Shown: positions 50,873 to 58,169 of the stretch, in pieces
How positions within the stretch are numbered: the first letter of the stretch is position 1
Layout: each line of letters starts with the position of its first letter
The notes under the pieces: generated by a model
The model's input: the letters and a program-made list of their open reading frames with translations, nothing else
Databases searched by the model: none
Told to the model about the DNA's origin: nothing
Position numbers and translations under genes: made by a program
From: Candidatus Shapirobacteria bacterium
GTDB taxonomy: Bacteria; Patescibacteriota; Microgenomatia; UBA12405
Assembly: GCA_041649835.1 (NCBI GenBank)
Contig: JBAZML010000003.1
Span: 1,451 to 65,450, forward strand
Direction of reading: 5' to 3'
Length of the DNA stretch: 64,000 bases

Positions 50873-53192
50873 CTTATTTGACACCATGCTCTCTGGTTTT
50901 TGGTTCGTAGCTGTCCTTTTAGTGGTCCTGATTTTACTTTATTTTTTAGGATATGCCCTTACTCTATGGTATCGTTGGCGTGATCGTGAAAAAAAATCTT
51001 TGGAATTAATAACACTTTTAGTTGCTGTTCCTCAGGATAATGAAGTCAAAATTGATGCCATGGAACCAATTCTTGGCGCCATCGGTAGTTTCTATAAATC
51101 AGCCCGTTTCAAATTCCTTCAAACTTTTATCTCTCAACCTAGTCTTTCATTAGAAATTATTGGTAATAAAACCGATATCCGTTTTTACATATGTATACCC
51201 GGGAAATACCGAGATTTACTTGAAAAACAAATTTATAGTGTATACGCTGGAGCTGACATTCAGGCAGTTGATGAACCTAATATTTTCTCCGAAAGTGGCA
51301 AAGTTGAGTCGGTTTGGTTGGGGTTGAAAAAATTGTCATTTTATCCTTTAAAAACTTACAAAGAGATTCCCACGGACACTCTATCGGCATTTACTTCGGT
51401 ATTATCAAAATTGGCTCCCGAAGAAACAGTTGCTATTCAATTAATTCTTTCTCCGACCGACAACTCATGGTCCAAATCAGGTAAGAGTTTTATCAGTGGT
51501 ACCAAAAAATCCGAGTCAAATCCTGAAAAAGCCTCATACAAAGTTGATGCCAAACAACTTGAAGCCATCGAAAATAAATGTAACAAAACCGGATTTGAGG
51601 TTGCTATCAGAGTTGTGGCGGTTGCTCCCACCAAAGAAGTTGCCAAGATAAATCTTTCGAATGTTAAGGCATGTTTTGGTCAACTTGAGTCACCATGGAA
51701 TAAATTATCGTCCAGAAAGACCTATTTTAAAGCTCAATTTATAGACGATTTTGTTTACAAATATCCGGTTATTTTTTGGTGGAAAAATAAAACCATTCTT
51801 TCTACTGACGAAATTGCTTCAATTTTTCATTTACCAAACAAGTCGGTTGAAACCCCAAATATATATTGGATAAAGTCAAAAAAAGCTCCTATTCCTCCAG
51901 AAGCTCCACAGGAGGGAATGTATATTGGTGACAATCTCTACCGCGGTGTTAATCGAAAATTCTGTATTACCACCTCTGATCGTCAACGTCATTTTTATAT
52001 CGTCGGACAAACTGGTGTTGGTAAATCTTGGTTGCTGGCTGACATGGCTCTTCAGGATATTAAAGCCGGGCGGGGTGTTTGTTTTATTGATCCTCATGAT
52101 ACCTATGAAAGTATTCTCGAAAGAATTCCTCCGGAAAGAATTGAAGATGTTATTTATTTTGATCCTTCTCAAACTGAGCGACCCATGGGTTTTAACGTTA
52201 TGGAGTGTGACCGTGAAGATCAAAAAGATTTTGTTACTTCATCCATTATTAACTTGATGTACAAGCTCTATGATCCTTACAAGACCGGTATTGTTGGTCC
52301 TCGTTTTGAACATGCTATCCGCAACATTATGTTGACAGTTATGACTGAAAAGGGAGCTACTTTTATTGAAATTGTTCGTTGTTTAACTGATCCTTCTTAT
52401 GTCCAATATTTACTTCCAAAGGTAAATGATCCCATGGTTAAAAGATATTGGACTGATCAAATTGCCAATACGAATGATTTTCATAAATCAGAAGTATTAG
52501 ATTACATTGTTTCTAAATTTGGTCGTTTTATCACCAATACCATGATGAGAAACATCATTGGCCAGGGAACTTCTTCTTTTAATTTCCGTGAAGCTATGGA
52601 TAACGGTAAAATTCTCATCATCAATTTAGCCAAAGGTTCAATTGGCGAAGAAAATTCTGCTTTCTTGGGTTTAGTTTTAATTCCAAAAATACTTATTGCC
52701 GCTATGAGTCGTCAGGATGTTCCCGAAGAAAAACGTCGTGATTTTTATCTATACGTCGACGAATTTCAAAATTTTGCCACCCAGGATTTTGCTGTCATCC
52801 TTTCTGAAGCTCGTAAATATCATTTGAATTTGACTGTTGCTAATCAATTTGTTTCTCAAATGGATGAGGAGGTCAAAAATGCTGTCTTTGGAAATGTTGG
52901 TTCTATTTGCTCTTTCCGTGTCGGTATCTCAGATGCCGGTTTCTTGGTTCGTCAATTCCAACCTGAATTCAATGAGCACGATTTATTAAATCTAGGAACC
53001 GGAGAAATTTATCTGAAAACCATGGTCAATGGTGTTCCAAAATCTCCCTTCTCACTTAAAGTTGCTGCTGTAGAGAAGAAAAAGCCGGGTAATCCAGAGA
53101 TGGCTGAGATGATTAAAAAATTGTCCAGTCTCAAGTATGGACGTCCAAGAGCCATTGTTGAAGCTGAAATTGCCAAGCGCGCCAGATTATAG
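50859..53192 (+). CDS. VirB4/TraG(VirD4)/HerA-like secretion ATPase
   Basis: N-terminal TM, Walker A GQTGVGKS, IDPH, Walker B LYVDEFQNF, SEARKY, ANQF. Confidence 0.9.
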   Translation: MTPTNLFDTMLSGFWFVAVLLVVLILLYFLGYALTLWYRWRDREKKSLELITLLVAVPQDNEVKIDAMEPILGAIGSFYKSARFKFLQTFISQPSLSLEIIGNKTDIRFYICIPGKYRDLLEKQIYSVYAGADIQAVDEPNIFSESGKVESVWLGLKKLSFYPLKTYKEIPTDTLSAFTSVLSKLAPEETVAIQLILSPTDNSWSKSGKSFISGTKKSESNPEKASYKVDAKQLEAIENKCNKTGFEVAIRVVAVAPTKEVAKINLSNVKACFGQLESPWNKLSSRKTYFKAQFIDDFVYKYPVIFWWKNKTILSTDEIASIFHLPNKSVETPNIYWIKSKKAPIPPEAPQEGMYIGDNLYRGVNRKFCITTSDRQRHFYIVGQTGVGKSWLLADMALQDIKAGRGVCFIDPHDTYESILERIPPERIEDVIYFDPSQTERPMGFNVMECDREDQKDFVTSSIINLMYKLYDPYKTGIVGPRFEHAIRNIMLTVMTEKGATFIEIVRCLTDPSYVQYLLPKVNDPMVKRYWTDQIANTNDFHKSEVLDYIVSKFGRFITNTMMRNIIGQGTSSFNFREAMDNGKILIINLAKGSIGEENSAFLGLVLIPKILIAAMSRQDVPEEKRRDFYLYVDEFQNFATQDFAVILSEARKYHLNLTVANQFVSQMDEEVKNAVFGNVGSICSFRVGISDAGFLVRQFQPEFNEHDLLNLGTGEIYLKTMVNGVPKSPFSLKVAAVEKKKPGNPEMAEMIKKLSSLKYGRPRAIVEAEIAKRARL

Positions 53193-54056
53193 TTCTTTTA
53201 ATTTAATCCCTCTTGATTCTTCTTTGGAATCAATCAACTCAAGATATTTTTCAGTAGTCGAGATTCTCTTGTGACCAACAACCTGAGACACCACATCTAA
53301 AGGTACCCCAGCTTTTAACTGAAATACGATGAATGTATTTCTCAAATCATTTACTTTAATTCCCTTAATATCGGCTTTATTAAAATATCTATTTAGTAAA
53401 CTTCTGATATTTCTAGCCAATAAAACTCGTCCGGTTTTAGTAATAAAGACATTTTTGTTTTTACTGTTATCAGCTCTGACTTCGTCTAGATATCTCTTCA
53501 AGGCAGTTTTAGCAGAATTATTCAAAGGCACTTCTCTTTGAGAGTGACTCTCATAACTTTCAACCACAATCCCATTTTCCTTAATGTCTTCCATTCTTAA
53601 ATTCTCAATTTCCTTAATTCTTAAACCGGCTTGAAGCATTAATTCTACAATCGCCGATGCTCGGATATCGTTTCTACAGGCATCGCGAAGTGATCTATAT
53701 TCAATTGGTTTCAAAATTTTGGGAATATCATTTTCATATTTAGGATGTTTAACATCACCAGAAGGATCAATACTTACTTTTCCTTCGTCTTTCAAAAATG
53801 AAAAGAAGTTTTTGATTGAATTTAATTTTCGGGAAACAGATTTGGCAGTATATCCATTTTCAGTCAAATCCTTTTTAAATTCTTCAATTTCTTTAATAGT
53901 AACTATTTCAACATTGGTAATCTGTTTTTTTGCTAAAAAAATTGACAGCTGATTAATGTCACCTTTGTAGGCTACAATAGTATTAATCGACTTCCCCTTC
54001 TTTTTTAGGGTGTCGGTGAACAAGTTTAAAGCATCATTTAAGGCTAAATTAGACAT
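53187..54056 (-). CDS. XerC/D-family tyrosine recombinase
   Basis: SAM-like N-domain (NTIVAY, SVSRKL), GLRIKE, DLRNTF, VGH...TTEKY; start ATG 54056. Confidence 0.9.
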   Translation of the reverse strand: MSNLALNDALNLFTDTLKKKGKSINTIVAYKGDINQLSIFLAKKQITNVEIVTIKEIEEFKKDLTENGYTAKSVSRKLNSIKNFFSFLKDEGKVSIDPSGDVKHPKYENDIPKILKPIEYRSLRDACRNDIRASAIVELMLQAGLRIKEIENLRMEDIKENGIVVESYESHSQREVPLNNSAKTALKRYLDEVRADNSKNKNVFITKTGRVLLARNIRSLLNRYFNKADIKGIKVNDLRNTFIVFQLKAGVPLDVVSQVVGHKRISTTEKYLELIDSKEESRGIKLKEL

Positions 54057-54109
54057 AATTTTATTATAAATATGTCTTATAGTACCACATATTAGGCTAT
54101 TCAACAACT

Positions 54110-54289
54110 ATGCTAAAAAAACACCTATATCAGGTCATTTTTATAGTAATTATTATTTCGTCAATTTTGGGGATATCAAAACAGTTAAGTCTTCTCTTAA
54201 ACGCTCGTCAACAGACTTACAGTCTTGAACAAAAAGTTTTGAATTTAGTAAAAAGAAATGAGTCTCTAAAAAAGTCCCTAAATCCTTAA
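54110..54289 (+). CDS. 59-aa FtsB/DivIC-like TM plus coiled-coil protein (not in the ORF track)
   Basis: MLKKHLYQVIFIVIIISSILGISKQLSLLLNARQQTYSLEQKVLNLVKRNESLKKSLNP. Confidence 0.6.
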   Translation: MLKKHLYQVIFIVIIISSILGISKQLSLLLNARQQTYSLEQKVLNLVKRNESLKKSLNP

Positions 54290-54341
54290 ATATTTACTCA
54301 TTTCAACTGTTGTGCTAGAATCCAACAGTCCTAAGACAACA

Positions 54342-54411
54342 TGCGGGGTAGTGTACGGCTGCACGTGAGGCTCATAATCTCACAGGCTGGGTTCAACCCC
54401 CAGCCCCGCAA
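54342..54411 (+). tRNA. tRNA-Met(CAT), probable initiator, atypical
   Basis: TGCGGGG/CCCCGCA acceptor, CTCATAA loop, CTGGG-TTCAACC-CCCAG; 70 nt. Confidence 0.85.
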
Positions 54412-54413
54412 CT

Positions 54414-54451
54414 AACAAAGAGGTCGTCATTAATTTGACGGCTTTTTTGTT
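54414..54451 (+). terminator. Intrinsic terminator after the first tRNA-Met
   Basis: GGTCGTCA...TGACGGCT followed by TTTTTGTT. Confidence 0.65.
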
Positions 54452-54557
54452 GCAATTTTATGGTGAAATTTAAATGTAATGCAAAATTTTGCTATAAAAT
54501 ACAATTCCGATTTATCGGGATATGTTCTCAATTTATTGATATAATCACATTGTTTCT

Positions 54558-54631
54558 GGCAGGGTAGCTCAGTTGGTTAGAGCACGGCATTCATAACGCC
54601 GGGGTCGCGGGTTCAAGTCCCGCCTCTGCTA
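54558..54631 (+). tRNA. tRNA-Met(CAT), probable elongator
   Basis: GGCAGGG/CTCTGCT acceptor, TAGCTCAGTTGGTTAGAGC D arm, TTCATAA loop. Confidence 0.9.
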
Positions 54632-54642
54632 CTTCGTTATTT

Positions 54643-54716
54643 GGGCATGTAGCTCAGTTGGTTAGAGCGCCGATCTTATAAGTCGGAAGTCCATGGTTCG
54701 AGTCCATGCATGCCTA
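54643..54716 (+). tRNA. tRNA-Ile(TAT)
   Basis: GGGCATG/CATGCCT acceptor, CCGAT-CTTATAA-GTCGG anticodon arm, A73. Confidence 0.9.
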
Positions 54717-54850
54717 CAATCTTGTATTCTCCCTATTTTTAGTATAAAATTAACTGTTCCAAATTTATCGGAACAATATGACCCAAGAAAAAAACGAACC
54801 TGGAGGGTGTGACCCTCTGAGTTTATTTCAAAATTCTAAGTTACTCAAAA

Positions 54851-55114
54851 ATGAATCTACAATTAATAGGTCAAATTTTGGGGTACTTTGCAGTCGGCTT
54901 TGTCGAAATGTTTTTGGCCACTCAAAGAACCTATTGGATTTCAAAAGGCCGATCACGCGCTGCGGCCCTCTTAGTGTTTTTTGAGAATTTTCTTGCCATC
55001 TACATCATTTATCAAATAGCCAATAATCTTGGCGGTAACATTATAGTTTTAATTTCTTACGCTCTCGGAAATGCTGTAGGAACTTATATCAATCTAGAGA
55101 AAGTTCCTTTTTAA
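54851..55114 (+). CDS. DUF5698/DUF2179-like small membrane protein
   Basis: AAALLVFFE...YALGNAVGTYI; 3 TMs. Confidence 0.75.
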   Translation: MNLQLIGQILGYFAVGFVEMFLATQRTYWISKGRSRAAALLVFFENFLAIYIIYQIANNLGGNIIVLISYALGNAVGTYINLEKVPF

Positions 55115-55602
55115 GTCGAATTAAAGTCAATCTCATTGATATTTTTGTCTTCGACAACAGTCAAGACACCCGGTCTGGGATAATCAACCATTTCACGTTT
55201 TTCATATTCACTTCCTATTAAAATATTTTTAAGTCCAGCGATAACTGCTCCATGAGTACAAACGACAATTGTTTTATATTGTCTTTTTTTCATTTCATTT
55301 ATAAAACTCTCCAATCTTTTTACTAAATTGTCAAATATTTCGTGGCTAAATTCATTTAATCTGGCATCATTTACAAAATCTAATTCGGAAATGTTACTGA
55401 CAATTTTGTTTGATTGTTGACATCTGAGATATTCAGAAGACACGTTAAAATCAGAATTAATATCTTTTAAATAAATTGCCAATTTTTCTAAAGCTGGAAT
55501 GCCATCAGGTAATATTTCTACTGAAAAATTATCCTGAGGATAAGGTTGTCGATTTTTTGTATAAAATGTATCTCCGTGTCTAAAAAGATAGTATTTTGTC
55601 AT
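55111..55602 (-). CDS. Histidine phosphatase family protein
   Basis: RHG, SSxYxRCxQ, RLNE, THG. Confidence 0.9.
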   Translation of the reverse strand: MTKYYLFRHGDTFYTKNRQPYPQDNFSVEILPDGIPALEKLAIYLKDINSDFNVSSEYLRCQQSNKIVSNISELDFVNDARLNEFSHEIFDNLVKRLESFINEMKKRQYKTIVVCTHGAVIAGLKNILIGSEYEKREMVDYPRPGVLTVVEDKNINEIDFNST

Positions 55603-56607
55603 TTATTTAATTAATTTATTTATACTCATTTGTTCCCGGACCTTTTCTACTGTTTCGATAACCACTTTTCTGGCTCTTTTTGTACTCTCAATTAAAATTT
55701 CTTTAGCTATTTCTTGTCTTTCTTCATAGTACCTTCTTTTTTCACGAATTGGAGCCAAAAAGTTATTCATTACTACAAATAATTTTTCTTTTACCTCTTT
55801 GTCTCCTACTTGTCCCAATCTATATCTAGCTTTTAAATCTTCTACTTCAGCTTTATTTGGATTAAAAGCTTCGTGATATTCAAAAACCGGATTACCTTCA
55901 ACTTTTCCCGGATCTGTTGCATGAATTCTCTTTGGGTCTGTGTAGCAGGCTTGAATTTTTTTTCGGAGAGTTTCTTCGTCATCAGACAATAAGATTGCAT
56001 TCTGACCGCTTTTACTCATCTTCATTTTACCGTCAGTTCCTATTAATCTGGCAACCCGTCCAACTTTTGCATCTGGAATTACAAAAGTTTCACCATAAGC
56101 TTTGTTAAAATCACGGGCAATTTCTCTGGTTTGTTCAATTACCGGTAGCTGATCTTCACCGACCGGTACCAAATCAGCGTTAAAACCTAAAATATCTGCT
56201 GCCTGTAAAATTGGATAACAAATAAATCCCATCGAGGCATCCAGTTTTTTGTAATTGATTTCTTCTTTTACTGATGGATTCCTTATTGCTCTGGCATGTT
56301 TTACCATAGTTAAAAAGTAGCTATAGAGTTCTAAAGTTTCCGGAATTCCTGACTCAAGATATATCGTTGTCACTTCTGGATCAATTCCTGCAGCCAAGTT
56401 ATCTAAATAAACCTCATAAACATTTTTGTTAATTATTTCCGGATGAGTGTAATCATTAGCGTAAGCATGGACGTTGGCTAATAAAATGAAAGTGTCATAT
56501 TCGTGTTGAAGCTTAACCCTATTTTCAAGAGTACCAACATAATGACCAATATGTAACCGGCCACTGGGTGTATCACCTGTCAATATTCTTTTTTTACCTT
56601 GATTCAT
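55603..56607 (-). CDS. trpS: Tryptophanyl-tRNA synthetase
   Basis: [26 protein letters not shown]. Confidence 0.97.
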   Translation of the reverse strand: MNQGKKRILTGDTPSGRLHIGHYVGTLENRVKLQHEYDTFILLANVHAYANDYTHPEIINKNVYEVYLDNLAAGIDPEVTTIYLESGIPETLELYSYFLTMVKHARAIRNPSVKEEINYKKLDASMGFICYPILQAADILGFNADLVPVGEDQLPVIEQTREIARDFNKAYGETFVIPDAKVGRVARLIGTDGKMKMSKSGQNAILLSDDEETLRKKIQACYTDPKRIHATDPGKVEGNPVFEYHEAFNPNKAEVEDLKARYRLGQVGDKEVKEKLFVVMNNFLAPIREKRRYYEERQEIAKEILIESTKRARKVVIETVEKVREQMSINKLIK

Positions 56608-56609
56608 AT

Positions 56610-57827
56610 TTATAGTGAAATTTTAACATTTAAAAGAGGGAGGAGATTTTGATAAACATTTTCCACGTCTTTATCTCCACGTCCTGATAAATTTATGACA
56701 ATTACTTTATTCTTGGGTAAAGATCTTGCCAGTTTTATACCAAAGGCTATCGCGTGGGATGATTCCAAGGCCGGAATAATACCCTCAATTCTGCTCAGTA
56801 TTTGAAAAGCCTCAGTTGCCTCCAAATCAGTAGCAGTTTCGTTTTTTAGTCTACCAATTGATTTTAAATAACAATGTTCCGGTCCAACTCCAGGATAATC
56901 TAGGCCGGATGCTGCTGAATAACTTTCCTGAATTTCACCATTCTCATCTTGAAGCAATAAACATTTAAAACCGTGAATTACTCCAATTTTCCCCTTATAT
57001 AGTGATAATCCGTGCCTGTTTGTATTTACTCCCATTCCTGCAGGCTCAACTCCAATCATTTTTACTGAAGTTTCATCAATAAAATCATAAAATAACCCAA
57101 TAGCGTTAGATCCGCCGCCGATACAGGCTATTAAATAATCTGGTAATTTTTTTTCAATTTTATTTATTTGTCTTTTTGTTTCCTCTCCAATTATTTTTTG
57201 AAAATTTCTCACCATCATTGGATAGGGATGTGGCCCTACGGCTGACCCCAATAAATAAAATGTGCTTGTATCGTGAGCATAGGCATTAAGGGCTTCATCT
57301 ACCGCATCTTTAAGAGTCCCTTGGCCCGAGTTAACCTCTATTACTTTAGCTCCAAGTAATTTTATTTTATAAACATTGATTTTTTGGTTGACAATATCTC
57401 TTGCCCCCATATAGACATCACATTGCATTCCTAAAAGCGCCGCCACTGTTGCCGTGGCTACTCCATGTTGGCCCGCCCCGGTTTCCGCAATTAATTTTGT
57501 CTTTCCCATTCTTCTTGCTAATAAAGCTTGACCAATAGCATTATTAATTTTGTGTGCCCCGGTGTGATTTAAATCTTCGCGCTTTAGATAAATTTTGGCT
57601 CCTTCGCAAAATTTAGTCAGATTTTTAGCAAAATAAAGTGGGCTTGGTCTATTGGCGTAATTTGAATAATAAAATTGAAGATCCTTTAAAAACTCTGGAT
57701 CTTTTGAAAATTTTAAATAACTTTCTTCAAGTTCTTTTAAAACTTTTTCAAGTTGAGGTGGGACAAAGCGTCCTCCGAATTCTCCAAAATAACCTAATTT
57801 TGTGGGTAAACTATATTTTTGTTTCAT
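56610..57827 (-). CDS. trpB: Tryptophan synthase beta chain (TrpB1 type), without trpA
   Basis: [48 protein letters not shown]. Confidence 0.97.
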   Translation of the reverse strand: MKQKYSLPTKLGYFGEFGGRFVPPQLEKVLKELEESYLKFSKDPEFLKDLQFYYSNYANRPSPLYFAKNLTKFCEGAKIYLKREDLNHTGAHKINNAIGQALLARRMGKTKLIAETGAGQHGVATATVAALLGMQCDVYMGARDIVNQKINVYKIKLLGAKVIEVNSGQGTLKDAVDEALNAYAHDTSTFYLLGSAVGPHPYPMMVRNFQKIIGEETKRQINKIEKKLPDYLIACIGGGSNAIGLFYDFIDETSVKMIGVEPAGMGVNTNRHGLSLYKGKIGVIHGFKCLLLQDENGEIQESYSAASGLDYPGVGPEHCYLKSIGRLKNETATDLEATEAFQILSRIEGIIPALESSHAIAFGIKLARSLPKNKVIVINLSGRGDKDVENVYQNLLPLLNVKISL

Positions 57828-57861
57828 AAAATTAAAAGTAAATATTAAATAGGGGATTATG

Positions 57862-57933
57862 CAGGAACCAAGAGATTCGAACTCTTATTACTTGTTCTGG
57901 AAACGAGCGTTTTACCAATTAAACTAGATTCCC
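57862..57933 (-). tRNA. tRNA-Trp(CCA)
   Basis: GGGAATC/GGTTCCT acceptor, G73, D arm GTTT-AATTGGTA-AAAC, loop TTCCAGA, T arm AAGAG-TTCGAAT-CTCTT. Confidence 0.85.
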
Positions 57934-57964
57934 AAACAAAAATCTCCCAAAAAACCGGGAGATT
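57934..57964 (-). terminator. Attenuator terminator (3:4 hairpin) directly upstream of tRNA-Trp
   Basis: AATCTCCC-GGTTTTTT-GGGAGATT followed by TTTGTTT. Confidence 0.8.
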
Positions 57965-57987
57965 AAATATTTTTTAGAAAAATAGTT

Positions 57988-58059
57988 TTATGCCATTAAA
58001 ACGTCTCCCGATTGGGCTTGTTCGTTTCGCCAATAGAAAGAACATTTAATTAATGTCAT
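57988..58059 (-). CDS. Putative Trp leader peptide (23 aa)
   Basis: MTLIKCSFYWRNEQAQSGDVLMA*; TGG at 58032-58030 lies in segment 1 of the attenuator. Confidence 0.7.
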   Translation of the reverse strand: MTLIKCSFYWRNEQAQSGDVLMA

Positions 58060-58068
58060 CTTGGGTCA

Positions 58069-58096
58069 AATATATCACTTTTTAGTCCGCTGTCAA
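58069..58096 (-). promoter_or_regulatory. sigma70 promoter of the leader-tRNA-Trp-trpB-trpS unit
   Basis: TTGACA-16 nt-TATATT with TG extension. Confidence 0.75.
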
Positions 58097-58169
58097 TCTG
58101 TTATACTATCCGAGTCCTTAGTTGTGGCGAAGTCGTTAATTATCAAAGGCGCCAAACTATATAAATAAA

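Noticed and set aside
50859-54716. ICE or prophage suggested by ATPase, recombinase and tRNAs
   Set aside because: No att repeat, relaxase or phage genes; flanks are housekeeping genes.
54779-58068. 10-bp inverted repeat TGACCCAAGA (54779) / TCTTGGGTCA (58059) flanking the Trp module, as possible mobile-element ends
   Set aside because: Too short to exceed chance; no transposase or target duplication.
57934-58068. Canonical T-box riboswitch upstream of trpB/trpS
   Set aside because: No stem I, AG/GNUG boxes or GGUGGNACC consensus, and the leader is too short; the leader-peptide model fits better.
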